A stretch of 62,692 bases of DNA from an uncultured bacterium (lineage in GTDB: Bacteria > Chlamydiota > Chlamydiia > Chlamydiales > JAJFMA01), in contig CAYUJS010000006.1 in the NCBI GenBank assembly GCA_964445105.1, positions 1 to 62,692 on the forward strand, written 5' to 3'. The first letter of the stretch is position 1; each line of letters starts with the position of its first letter. A model generated the notes under the pieces. The model had not been told where the DNA came from, did not search any database, and was given only the letters and a program-made list of their open reading frames with translations. Below are positions 38,497-47,440 of this stretch, piece by piece. A program made the position numbers and the translations under genes.

Positions 38497-40962
38497 ATGA
38501 CCTTCACCATCGATCCTGCTTCGGGCCCAGACCAGGGACTGATTTTACACGGCCCTCAAGGCAGCGTAACCGCCCCCCGTCGCGCAGCGCTCCAAACTCT
38601 ACAAAATTACGCAGACAAAGGCAAACTTCTCTACCGCTCAAAGGAATTGGCCGCTGATTTTTATGTACCGATCGAAGCGTATGTAAAGTTCGAAACTATG
38701 GAAAATCATCTCATCCAGGTTTCTACGCGCGTACATTGGCGGCGCGGCGACTTTGCGTTAACCGATTGTGACCATGTTTTCCGAGGTCCTCCTCACTGGA
38801 TCATCATGGGCGGCGCACTGAAAGTACTCGGCGACTTTCCTGCGGAGCATCTCTACAACACCCCATTGTCTTTGACCAGCCAGGAGGCCGCGCACTTAGC
38901 TGCTGCACTTGCAGCGAAAGAAGTGCGCATAGAGGTTTCTGAGGGTGCTTCTTTACAGCTTGGCGTGGGGGCCGATCCGCTGCCCTGCTTGCGGCTCACA
39001 GATCGCTGGGGCAGCTTTGCAGATCTTTGGCTGGACTATGGTTCACGCGGACAAGTACGCTACGAGGGTTCCTCCAGCAGTTCTTGGCGGCAAACTAAGG
39101 CAGAACGACTCTGGGAGCAGGATCTTCTAGAGACGGGCTATCTCATCAAACCCACGCCTACCGCGCGCTACCACTGCCCGCTAGATAAGATCGCGAAAAG
39201 CTTGAGCTTTCTTTTGGAGCTCGGTTGGATGATCACGGACGCGCGCAAGCGTCAAATCAAAGCACCGGGTACAAGCGAGCTGCACCTCTCTGCTGCCTTG
39301 GTATTGCAGGGTCGCATCAAATATGGAGAACATTCGCTTGATCTTAGTCAAGCCGCGGGCGCTTTTAACCGACGCGAAACGTTCGTTGATTTAACCGCCA
39401 ACACGGTAGGATTATTGCCTTCTATGCCTTGGCAGCAACTTGTAGAGGCAGGCGAAATCGTAACAGCGGGCATACAACTGCGCCGCACACAGATCGGCGA
39501 GCTACAGATCCTCCCTGAAATTACCTACGATAGCTCCTTAAAGCAGCTTGTACAGGGATTAGAAAATTTTTGTGAAGTAGCACAAGCACTACCTAAAGAC
39601 CAGTTTACCGGCTCATTACGCCCTTATCAACAACAAGGCGTCAACTGGCTAGCTTTTTTGTATGATCACGGTTTTGCGGGTTTACTTGCCGACGATATGG
39701 GTTTAGGAAAAACGGTACAGGTGCTCGCTTTTTTATCGCGCCTACTGCCCTTGGGCCGTCATCTCATCGTGCTGCCTACCTCGCTACTGTTTTCCTGGAA
39801 TCGCGAAATTTTGCGCTTCTTGCCCGGCGCCTCTGTGCATATTCACCACGGCGCGGCGCGTCAGCTCCAGACCGAGGCGCAAATCGTGCTCACTTCCTAC
39901 GCCACGCTCAGGCAAGACCTGTTAATCTTTTCTCAGCAGGATTGGCACTGTGTGATCCTAGATGAAGCACAGGCCATTAAAAATCCCGATACCCAGACCT
40001 TCAAAAGCGTGTGTCGCCTGCGGGCACGTTTTCGGCTCTCCATAACGGGAACCCCCATCGAGAATAGACTGGACGAGCTCTGGGCTCAATTCCGTTTCTT
40101 GCAGCCTCAACTGCTTGGAGACCGCCAGGCCTTTTCAGCTAGCGCACAAACGGCCCAGGCTGATAGCCGACATCTAACGCAAATCCGCAAGCAGATCAAA
40201 CCTTTCCTCCTACGCCGTACCAAAGAGCAGGTCGCCCCAGACCTTCCTCCGCTGATCGACCAAATTACCTGGATCGAAATGCCCGCTTCACAGCGCCAAA
40301 TTTATGACGAATTCCTTACCAAAACGCGCCAAGGCGTACTCAAAAAAGTCGCGCTCGATGGACTCCAAGCTCATCGTATGGAAATCCTCGAATCGATTTT
40401 GCGGTTAAGGCAGATCTGCTGTCATCCGCTGCTGGTTGATGCCAGTGCTAAGGACGAGAGTGCAAAACTTGAACGGCTGCTAGAGGACCTTGAAACGCTT
40501 TTTCAAGAGGGAAGGAAGGTACTGATCTATAGCCAATTTAGCTCCATGCTACAGCTGATCGCAGGGGCCTTTGGCGCGCGCGGCTGGTCTTTTTGTTATC
40601 TTGACGGTTCTACACAAAACCGAGAAAAAGAGGTGGATCGTTTTCAAAATGAGCCCGGTGTTTCTGCCTTTCTGGTCAGCCTTAAAGCAGGGGGCGTCGG
40701 TTTGAACCTCACCGCAGCCGACTATGTATTTATCTATGATCCCTGGTGGAACGAGGCTGCAGAACAGCAGGCCATTAACCGCGCGCACCGCATTGGCCGT
40801 CTTGAAACCGTATTTGCTAAACGATTCATCCTGGCAGAGAGCATCGAAGAGAAGATGCTCAAATTGAAGCTACAAAAGAAAACGCTTGCGGAAGATCTAT
40901 TGTCCGGCCAGGGCGACCAAACGGGCCTCTCTTCAGAAGACTTTGCCTTCCTGCTCTCCTAA
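38497..40962 (+). CDS. SNF2-family helicase
   Basis: LRPYQ, LADDMGLGKT, DEAQ, TGTPIEN, LRLRQICCHP, KAGGVGLNL, DPWWN, RAHRIG. Confidence 0.95.
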   Translation: MTFTIDPASGPDQGLILHGPQGSVTAPRRAALQTLQNYADKGKLLYRSKELAADFYVPIEAYVKFETMENHLIQVSTRVHWRRGDFALTDCDHVFRGPPHWIIMGGALKVLGDFPAEHLYNTPLSLTSQEAAHLAAALAAKEVRIEVSEGASLQLGVGADPLPCLRLTDRWGSFADLWLDYGSRGQVRYEGSSSSSWRQTKAERLWEQDLLETGYLIKPTPTARYHCPLDKIAKSLSFLLELGWMITDARKRQIKAPGTSELHLSAALVLQGRIKYGEHSLDLSQAAGAFNRRETFVDLTANTVGLLPSMPWQQLVEAGEIVTAGIQLRRTQIGELQILPEITYDSSLKQLVQGLENFCEVAQALPKDQFTGSLRPYQQQGVNWLAFLYDHGFAGLLADDMGLGKTVQVLAFLSRLLPLGRHLIVLPTSLLFSWNREILRFLPGASVHIHHGAARQLQTEAQIVLTSYATLRQDLLIFSQQDWHCVILDEAQAIKNPDTQTFKSVCRLRARFRLSITGTPIENRLDELWAQFRFLQPQLLGDRQAFSASAQTAQADSRHLTQIRKQIKPFLLRRTKEQVAPDLPPLIDQITWIEMPASQRQIYDEFLTKTRQGVLKKVALDGLQAHRMEILESILRLRQICCHPLLVDASAKDESAKLERLLEDLETLFQEGRKVLIYSQFSSMLQLIAGAFGARGWSFCYLDGSTQNREKEVDRFQNEPGVSAFLVSLKAGGVGLNLTAADYVFIYDPWWNEAAEQQAINRAHRIGRLETVFAKRFILAESIEEKMLKLKLQKKTLAEDLLSGQGDQTGLSSEDFAFLLS

Positions 40963-41155
40963 AAGGAGCCTCCAGCCATTTTTCCGCCGTCGCTTGTCAC
41001 TTCCGCTTCGCTCGCCAGGCTGGCAGCGCGCTTACTACGCAGAGCCTTCGTCGAGGACTCCAAGCGGATCTGATTTTTTAGAAGATAAGAGGCTGTCGGT
41101 TTTAAGTTGTAGTGACAAATCTGCAACGTCTTCCAAGAGAACCACTGAACTTGTG

Positions 41156-41356
41156 TCAAGCGACATCCCCTTCATTACCGCCCGCTTCACAACTTTGCTC
41201 ATAAAGCTCGCGGGCGGTGGCTTTGACCGTTGCTAATCCATCAGTAAACCCAATCGCCCTCATCAAGCCGTCCAGGTAGACCAGCTCACTAGCCAATTGG
41301 TCATTTGCAAACTCAAGTTCAGAAATCCGTTGCTTCAATTTTTCAATGTTATCCAT
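41156..41356 (-). CDS. Small chlamydial conserved protein (CT652.1-like), paralogue 2
   Basis: LEFANDQL..EL..LD.LMRAIGF..GL; GAGG RBS; paralogous to 41419-41613. Confidence 0.7.
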   Translation of the reverse strand: MDNIEKLKQRISELEFANDQLASELVYLDGLMRAIGFTDGLATVKATARELYEQSCEAGGNEGDVA

Positions 41357-41418
41357 TTGCAATCCTCTTGTTAAAATTAAATTTTAATAAGTCTACTGCT
41401 TTTGAGAAATATTCAGGC

Positions 41419-41613
41419 CTATTCGGATAGATTACTCTGCTCGGTGTCCAACGTGTTTTCTTCGAGCATCTCTTCGGCGACCTCTTTAGCTGACTCAATA
41501 CCTCTAGGGAACCCTGTGTTGTGCAAAAGGCGGTCTATCTCTTCCACCTCTGTGAGTAGCTGGTCGTTCATAGACTCTAGCTGTGCCAACCGGTGCATAA
41601 GTTGCTCTTCCAT
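41419..41613 (-). CDS. Small chlamydial conserved protein (CT652.1-like), paralogue 1
   Basis: LESMNDQL..EV..ID.LL...GFPRGI; GGAG RBS. Confidence 0.7.
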   Translation of the reverse strand: MEEQLMHRLAQLESMNDQLLTEVEEIDRLLHNTGFPRGIESAKEVAEEMLEENTLDTEQSNLSE

Positions 41614-41656
41614 ACGCTCTCCCCTTTGTAAGCTCGATGTGACGATGCCTTATAAG

Positions 41657-41672
41657 TGCGAAAGCTATGCCA
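41657..41672 (-). promoter_or_regulatory. Putative sigma54 (-24/-12) promoter
   Basis: TGGCATAGCTTTCGCA, GG-N10-GC spacing, ~45 nt upstream of ATG 41613. Confidence 0.6.
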
Positions 41673-41772
41673 AGCCAACTTGCCAGCAACTCTTACTAAA
41701 AAAAGAAGGCGCAATGGGACAAACGAAAAGAGATCCTTCAACGCCGCCAAGCTTTTGCGTAAAGTTAGACGA

Positions 41773-42297
41773 TCAGCGGGCCGCGCTCCGGGCTGACGCC
41801 CATCGACCGTTCTTATGTTCAACAAGTTCGTGGGTAAGCAATAAAGGCTTGAGCGTGCAGTCTGCTGAAAAGCCGCCCAGGCGACCATTGGCCGCCAGCA
41901 CGCGGTGACAAGGGATAAAGAGTATCAGCGGATTGCGCCCACAAGCCTGCCCTACAGCACGTGCGGCCTTGGGTTGGTGAAGGTAAGCAGCCATCTGCCC
42001 GTAAGAAAGTGTCTGGCCAAAAGGGACCTCATGCAAAGCCCACAGAACACGACTGATAAAAGGCGGGATCCCCAAGAGGGAGAGGGGTAACCTGACGGTG
42101 GGCTGCCTTTGGTCGGCGTAGTCCTTAAGCCAATGCTGAATGGTTTGCGCTAACTCCTTAGAGGCGCCCCGTACTTGGCAGCCGATTCCATCCGAGGCGC
42201 TATGTCGCACAACCGACTGCGTCACTTGCTCTTTGAGCACATCAATTTCTATCTCTAGCTTAAGAGAGGCAGGAATATGAAAATGCTGCGTTTTCAT
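41773..42297 (-). CDS. ogt: Methylated-DNA-protein-cysteine methyltransferase
   Basis: VPFGQTLSYG, ARAVGQAC.RNP, PCHRV. Confidence 0.93.
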   Translation of the reverse strand: MKTQHFHIPASLKLEIEIDVLKEQVTQSVVRHSASDGIGCQVRGASKELAQTIQHWLKDYADQRQPTVRLPLSLLGIPPFISRVLWALHEVPFGQTLSYGQMAAYLHQPKAARAVGQACGRNPLILFIPCHRVLAANGRLGGFSADCTLKPLLLTHELVEHKNGRWASARSAAR

Positions 42298-42399
42298 TCA
42301 AAACACCACTTTTGATGCTTATTAGAGAGGCTAGGCTAAAGAATAGCCGCTGTTTTTCGCTGGCCATTCTAGCTTCGCACGTGTATTATTGTCTCTCTT

Positions 42400-43056
42400 T
42401 TGAGCAATAAATTGTGGGTAAGGCTGATCGTGAAGCTAAATTTTCCAATAGAGCAAAGCTACTTCTTCTTGCTTTCTCCCTTTCCGGAGCGGTTACGCCA
42501 AGCAAGAAATTGCCTGACCAGCTTCATCTACCGACCTCCGCTAAGCAACACCCCTTTTTTGAAGGGCAGAACGATCACAATCGTCGGTCTCGCCAGCTGC
42601 TGCCTGGCAGCCGTGCTGCTTTACCGCTGGCGCAATCGAGCTGTGCTGGCTGGCGCGGGGGTCGCACCCCTAAAAGATGCGTCCTTGAGCAGTTCCTCCG
42701 CTGATCAGATGGATAGCCCGCCTTTCGATCCGGTGGCCTTAGCGCTGAATATCAAGCGCGGTCTGGCCGCCAAGCCCGAATCTTTGCTGAATGTTTTTTT
42801 CGCCGATCTAAAAGAGACCAACTATTGTGCTCAGGAAATTCGTGAAAAAAAATTAGAAATCGTCAACGCAATCCTTAGTGTATTTCACGCAAGATTCATT
42901 GAAATCGACGGCACTAGAAAATTAGTAGATCAAACTAACAATGAGCGGCTTGCTAACCAAAGAGACCTGTTATGCACACAGTTTGACAACAGTTTCGAGG
43001 AGCTCACCTCTGGTCCTTCCAATGAAAAAATTACTAACGATAGGGACAAGCCATGA
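42400..43056 (+). CDS. Hypothetical protein with one predicted TM (start uncertain)
   Basis: ORF coupled to the next gene by an ATGA overlap; hydrophobic ITIVGLASCCLAAVLLY. Confidence 0.5.
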   Translation: MSNKLWVRLIVKLNFPIEQSYFFLLSPFPERLRQARNCLTSFIYRPPLSNTPFLKGRTITIVGLASCCLAAVLLYRWRNRAVLAGAGVAPLKDASLSSSSADQMDSPPFDPVALALNIKRGLAAKPESLLNVFFADLKETNYCAQEIREKKLEIVNAILSVFHARFIEIDGTRKLVDQTNNERLANQRDLLCTQFDNSFEELTSGPSNEKITNDRDKP

Positions 43057-43826
43057 GCGAACCACTTGTTTTTGTGGACGATTCACATCCATCCTTAAGG
43101 TTGGTGACCCTCAATCGCTCAGAAACGCAGAACGCCCTGTCGATAGAATTGATGCTGGCGCTCCAAGAAGCCATTGTCAAAATCACCAAAGAGCCAGACC
43201 AACGTGCGATTATTTTAAAGGGAGCTGGACCTATTTTCTGCGCCGGGCTAGATCTTTGTGAAGCTCTCGAGGAAGGCAGCGCACGCGCTTCCGCAGAAGT
43301 ATTGGCGCGTACTTTCCAGATACTGTACGATTGCCCCCTCGTGACTATCGCGGCGGTTCATGGGGCAGCTCAAGCCAGTGGTGCGGGCTTGCTGTGCGCC
43401 TGCGATCTGATCGTGGCCGCCAAGGGCGCAAAGTTTGCCTTTCCTGAGACGCATTACGGGCTTGTGCCCGCCCTTGCTGCCACGCTGCTAAGGCGCCAGG
43501 TCAGTGAGAGGCACCTGCGCGAGCTACTTTTTTTGGGCGAGCCCATCGACGCCGACACCGCGTTTAAAATCGGGCTAATCAACCGCGTCGTACCGCCTAA
43601 CGAACTCGAGACCACCGCACTAAAAATGGCCTTGCAAGCCTCTCAGGGGAGCGCGCAAGCAACGCGCTTGACTAAAGAGTTGATCGCACAGCTACAGCCC
43701 CAGACCTTCGAGTTACGCCTGCGCAAAGCACTCAACTTCCACCTGCAAGCCCGCGCCTCGGAGGAAGCCAAGGCACGCATCGAAGCTTGCTTCTTCAAAA
43801 CAACAGAGGATAGGGGTGTGAACTAA
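43053..43826 (+). CDS. Enoyl-CoA hydratase/isomerase (crotonase) family
   Basis: LNR...NAL, FCAGLDL, IAAVHG, FAFPE..GLVP, A.KIGLINRVV. Confidence 0.92.
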   Translation: MSEPLVFVDDSHPSLRLVTLNRSETQNALSIELMLALQEAIVKITKEPDQRAIILKGAGPIFCAGLDLCEALEEGSARASAEVLARTFQILYDCPLVTIAAVHGAAQASGAGLLCACDLIVAAKGAKFAFPETHYGLVPALAATLLRRQVSERHLRELLFLGEPIDADTAFKIGLINRVVPPNELETTALKMALQASQGSAQATRLTKELIAQLQPQTFELRLRKALNFHLQARASEEAKARIEACFFKTTEDRGVN

Positions 43827-44012
43827 GCCCCAAGGCTCCATACCTAAAGCGCCACGAAGGCTAAAAAGGCTTCAATCAGAAAAATGCCAGCCTCATTATC
43901 AAGAAAATCGATCCACGAGAGTTCTAATCGTCTTGAAAACATCGTATAATTGCGCTTCACGAGGGCTTAAATAAACTTGCCCCTAGCTGGTGGCTAAGCG
44001 CTATTTTTGGGT

Positions 44013-45149
44013 TTATTCAACCGCTCTTTCCAAGCCGACCACAGTAATTTTTTCGCTTAAGGGAAAATAAGCGTCTCCTGGGACCACCACAGACAAGCTG
44101 TCTAAGCGCAGATCTTCAAGAGCCACACGCATAGAAGAAGTGATTTTCGGGTTTTCGGTGTACTTAAATTCAAAGCCCAGGCGCTTTCCATCTTGTAACA
44201 CCAATAGATCTAGCTCAGTGCCTCCTTGTGTGGCCCAGAAATAGCACTCTTCCGGCGCAGCATGATGCGCTCTGATCACCTCTTCCAGTGCATAGCCCTC
44301 CCAGGCCGCACCGAGCTTAGGATAGACTAGGAGCTGCTCCATATTTTTCAATCCTAAGAGCACGCCGAGTATCCCCGCATCGCGAAAATAGATCTTAGGC
44401 GCCTTTATTTGACGCTTGCTTATGTTTTCAAACCAAGGCGTGAGAGAGCGGACCATAAAGGTACCGGTCAAAATATCTAAATAGCTCCGCACAGTATGGT
44501 GAGAGATGCCCAATGAGCGACCAAAATCGCTTGTATTGAGAATTTGCGCATGGTAATGGGCCAACATCAGCCAGAAGCGGCGCATGCGCTGAGGGGCTAT
44601 CTGAAAGCCTAATGAGGGGATGTCCCTTTCCAGAAAAGTGGTGACATAAGATTGTCTCCACAGGTAGCTCTCTTCATCATCGGCCGCCAGGAAAGACCTT
44701 GGAAACCCTCCGCGCACCCACGTTTTTTCAGGTTCTTTCACCTCTTGCAATGAAAACGGGGGCAACTCAACGTAGCCAATGCGCCCGGCCAGTGTCTGAG
44801 AAGATTGGCGAATCAAGTCTCTAGACGCGCTGCCAAGAAGCAAGAATTTTTGCGCTTTATTCTTATCCACCAGCACCCTGAGGATAGGAAATAGATCCGG
44901 TCTGAGCTGAACCTCATCTATGACAATCAGTCTATGTGGCAAGCGTGCAAGAGAAAGCATCGCATTTTCCATCTGCGCCAAATCCATCGGATTTTCCAAG
45001 TCAAAGAAGCGCACCTCTGCCTCGGGATGATCCGCAGCATACTGCCTAGCTAGGGTGGTCTTTCCTACTTGCCTAGGGCCTAGCAGAGCACACACGGGGT
45101 GTACACGCAGTTGTTCCACAATCTTTTTCAGGTAGTAGGGGCGGTGCAT
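44013..45149 (-). CDS. AAA_14 ATPase with DUF4143 (wHTH plus nuclease-like C-terminus)
   Basis: GPRQVGKTT, IDEVQ, LGSAS, LAGR, GGFP, KAPKIYFRD.G, ELDLL...GFEFK. Confidence 0.92.
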   Translation of the reverse strand: MHRPYYLKKIVEQLRVHPVCALLGPRQVGKTTLARQYAADHPEAEVRFFDLENPMDLAQMENAMLSLARLPHRLIVIDEVQLRPDLFPILRVLVDKNKAQKFLLLGSASRDLIRQSSQTLAGRIGYVELPPFSLQEVKEPEKTWVRGGFPRSFLAADDEESYLWRQSYVTTFLERDIPSLGFQIAPQRMRRFWLMLAHYHAQILNTSDFGRSLGISHHTVRSYLDILTGTFMVRSLTPWFENISKRQIKAPKIYFRDAGILGVLLGLKNMEQLLVYPKLGAAWEGYALEEVIRAHHAAPEECYFWATQGGTELDLLVLQDGKRLGFEFKYTENPKITSSMRVALEDLRLDSLSVVVPGDAYFPLSEKITVVGLERAVE

Positions 45150-45152
45150 GGA

Positions 45153-45324
45153 CAAACCTTACCAATTCAGTAGCTCCCATTTTATACGTTGGCCGATTTT
45201 TTGCATAGAAACACCTTGCAATTTGGAAGACGTCCTTCCAAATTGCAAGGCACACTCATCCTCAGTCTACCAACGCTTTTTTGGGCTAACTGGATCTTTT
45301 CGTAAAATTCGCCGACGCTGATCA
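45153..45324. repeat. ~170-bp diverged direct repeat, copy 1, containing a 16-bp-arm palindrome (45214-45250)
   Basis: CCTTGCAATTTGGAAG-acgtc-CTTCCAAATTGCAAGG; aligns with 45430-45603. Confidence 0.88.
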
Positions 45325-45429
45325 ATAGCATCTCCAAGGGTTTGTCGTTGAGGATGACCCTTTTTCGACCCGACAAGCCTATCGAACTGTTTGCGCTGCT
45401 TGTGCAGAGCTGTATGCCGGGCGCATAGG

Positions 45430-45603
45430 CAAACCTTGCCAATTCAGTAGCTTTCACTTTATACGTCAGCTGTATTTTCATGCAGAAACACTTTGCAATT
45501 TGGAAGACGCCCTTCCAAATTGCAAGGCATTTCCGTTCTTAATCCATTAGCAGGTTTTTGTACCAGTGCTCGATCTTTTCGTGAAATCGGCCGACGCCAA
45601 TCA
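45430..45603. repeat. ~170-bp diverged direct repeat, copy 2, with a 14-bp-arm palindrome (45493-45525); overlaps the recO 3' end
   Basis: TTGCAATTTGGAAG-acgcc-CTTCCAAATTGCAA; shared flanks CAAACCTT.CCAATTCAGTAGCT and GATCTTTTCGT.AAAT..GCCGACGC. Confidence 0.88.
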
Positions 45604-46141
45604 TCTGACACAGTGTTGCAAAAGACCTGCCATAAGCCAGTACGATCGCTAACTGTCGCTGTTCTTCGTCTAGCCCAGCTGGCAGAGCTTCTGGCGAAAA
45701 GAGCCCTTCGTGGCGCATGATTTTTAAGCGCAGGCTTGAAACGGCAGCTTGAGGGTCGACGAACTCTTTGAGGCGAGTGAGGTAAAGGTTGAAAAGGGCG
45801 TACATGGCAGGCGCTGGTTTTCCGGCCCACTGAGATTTAAGCACAACATCGACCAGCTGCCCGGCTGCCTCCAGTAGGGCGTAGCTTTCGCGCAAATAGC
45901 GAAACTGATTTTGTACGGTTACTTCGCGACAGCGCAGCAGCTCCCCTCTGCCACATGCGCAAATGAATTCTGCCTGTGTTAACGGCTCCATCGGCAGGCG
46001 ATTTTTGCTTTTGCGGGCAAGCCCTCCGGCCAAGAACATTTTCAGTAACCCCTGCTCGGCCGAAAACACGGTAATGATCAAATCCTGCTCTCCGTATTTG
46101 ACTACTTGCAGGACAATACCCTCGAGACGCGTTACGTTCAT
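45539..46141 (-). CDS. recO: DNA repair protein RecO
   Basis: EGIVL...YGEQDLIITVFS.EQGLLK, PLTQAEF, LKIMRHEG. Confidence 0.9.
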   Translation of the reverse strand: MNVTRLEGIVLQVVKYGEQDLIITVFSAEQGLLKMFLAGGLARKSKNRLPMEPLTQAEFICACGRGELLRCREVTVQNQFRYLRESYALLEAAGQLVDVVLKSQWAGKPAPAMYALFNLYLTRLKEFVDPQAAVSSLRLKIMRHEGLFSPEALPAGLDEEQRQLAIVLAYGRSFATLCQMIGVGRFHEKIEHWYKNLLMD

Positions 46142-46183
46142 ATCTTTCCTAAAATGGATGCTGTCGTGTAGTATACGCCGTCT

Positions 46184-46257
46184 GCACCGATAGCTCAATC
46201 GGATAGAGTACCTGACTTCGGATCAGGTGGTTGGAGGTTCGAACCCTCTTCGGTGCA
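46184..46257 (+). tRNA. tRNA-Arg, anticodon TCG (CCA not encoded)
   Basis: Acceptor GCACCGA/TCGGTGC, D-arm GCTCAATCGGATAGAGT, anticodon arm CCTGA-CTTCGGA-TCAGG, T-loop GGTTCGAA. Confidence 0.96.
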
Positions 46258-46322
46258 ACTCTTTGCTTAGAAAATTCTCCCCATGTTACCATAATCCCAA
46301 GAGATCAATGCACGAGGTGACG

Positions 46323-46967
46323 ATGAATCGCAAAGCAAAATCATTGGCTGAAGAGCTTAAGGGTTACAATGTTACGGTGACAGGAAGACACGTTCAAGTC
46401 ACTGAAGCGATGAAAGACTACGCCCTGGAAAAAGTCTCTAAAATCGAGAAATTTAGTGATTCCAACCGTATCGTCGATGTCAGCATTACTATGGATGTGC
46501 AAAAAGTCGACCAAAAGGTCGATATCGTAATCAAAGTTCACCAATGGACCATCAAAAGCTCTGCCGTCACCTCTGACATGTACGCCTCGATCGACCAGGC
46601 CGTGCACAAAATCGAGAGGCAGCTGCAGCGCTACAAAAAGAAAATCCAAGATCATCAAGCTAAAGGCCTCAACGTGATCGATATGCATGTAAACGTTGTG
46701 CGCCGGCCTAGCGAAACTGAAATCCTAGAGCTCAACGAAGAGATCGAAGCGGAAAACCAACGCAAAGCAGAAAAAGAACTGCGGCCGCACGAAATTGTGG
46801 CCCAGGATTCCATACCGTTGAAAATCCTTACCTTGGATGAGGCTGTAGCCAAGATGGAACTGTCTGGTGACTCATTTCTTGTTTTCCGTGACGAATCCAA
46901 GCGCAAGCTGCGCGTGATCTACCGCCGCAAAGACGGCGACTACGGCATCATTGAGCCAGAACTTTGA
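46323..46967 (+). CDS. hpf: Long-form ribosome hibernation promoting factor (HPF/RaiA)
   Basis: VTGRHVQVTEAMKDYA, DMYASID..KIERQL.RYK, C-terminal domain FLVFRD...VIYRRKDGDYGIIE. Confidence 0.93.
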   Translation: MNRKAKSLAEELKGYNVTVTGRHVQVTEAMKDYALEKVSKIEKFSDSNRIVDVSITMDVQKVDQKVDIVIKVHQWTIKSSAVTSDMYASIDQAVHKIERQLQRYKKKIQDHQAKGLNVIDMHVNVVRRPSETEILELNEEIEAENQRKAEKELRPHEIVAQDSIPLKILTLDEAVAKMELSGDSFLVFRDESKRKLRVIYRRKDGDYGIIEPEL

Positions 46968-47440
46968 ACGAAAGGGGCCAGTGTCTCTGCCATATACGCC
47001 GCACCTGGGTCTCTGCCACACCTGAAGAGCGGGTGAGGCAACAGTTGCTGCATTGGATGATTGAATCGCTGGGCTATCCTAGAGGGCATTTGGCAGTCGA
47101 GCAATCGCTTAAACAACTTCCCCACCTGATAAATAGCCCCCTTAAAATTCCAAGACGCAGAGCGGACATCTTATGCTACGCCAAGGGTGAGGGTTCGTTT
47201 TTACCTATCTTACTCGTCGAATGCAAGGCTACAGCGTTGACCGAAGCTGTGGTCTGGCAGGTAGTGGGCTACAATCAATTCGTCCAGGCACCCTACGTCG
47301 TGCTCGCCAACGCCCAAGAAGTGCGCACAGGATCGCGCAATCCAGCTACGGGCAGATATGAATTCGTAGCCGGCTTGCCGAGATACGAGGGATTACGCTT
47401 GCCTCACGCTTCGTTTTGCAAAACGAAGCAAGGAGCCTGA
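46964..47440 (+). CDS. Stand-alone type I restriction enzyme HsdR N-terminal-like domain protein
   Basis: TPEERVRQ, LGYP, RRADI, LVECKA, QVVGYN. Confidence 0.85.
   Translation: MNERGQCLCHIRRTWVSATPEERVRQQLLHWMIESLGYPRGHLAVEQSLKQLPHLINSPLKIPRRRADILCYAKGEGSFLPILLVECKATALTEAVVWQVVGYNQFVQAPYVVLANAQEVRTGSRNPATGRYEFVAGLPRYEGLRLPHASFCKTKQGA

Noticed and set aside
40959..41159. 66-aa ORF following the small paralogues
   Set aside because: Overlap is suggestive but composition is not convincingly protein-like and no motif is present
45214..45525. 37-bp palindromic repeats as a CRISPR array
   Set aside because: Only two copies ~278 bp apart, with homologous flanks and no cas genes
45182..45830. ORFs sharing the peptide PCNLEGRLPNCKVFL
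   Set aside because: The peptide is just the translation of the duplicated DNA palindrome, and one ORF overlaps recO out of frame
46184..46257. tRNA-Arg as an integration site; TCG anticodon as a novelty
   Set aside because: No duplicated tRNA 3' end or integrase seen; tRNA-Arg(TCG) is already known in chlamydiae
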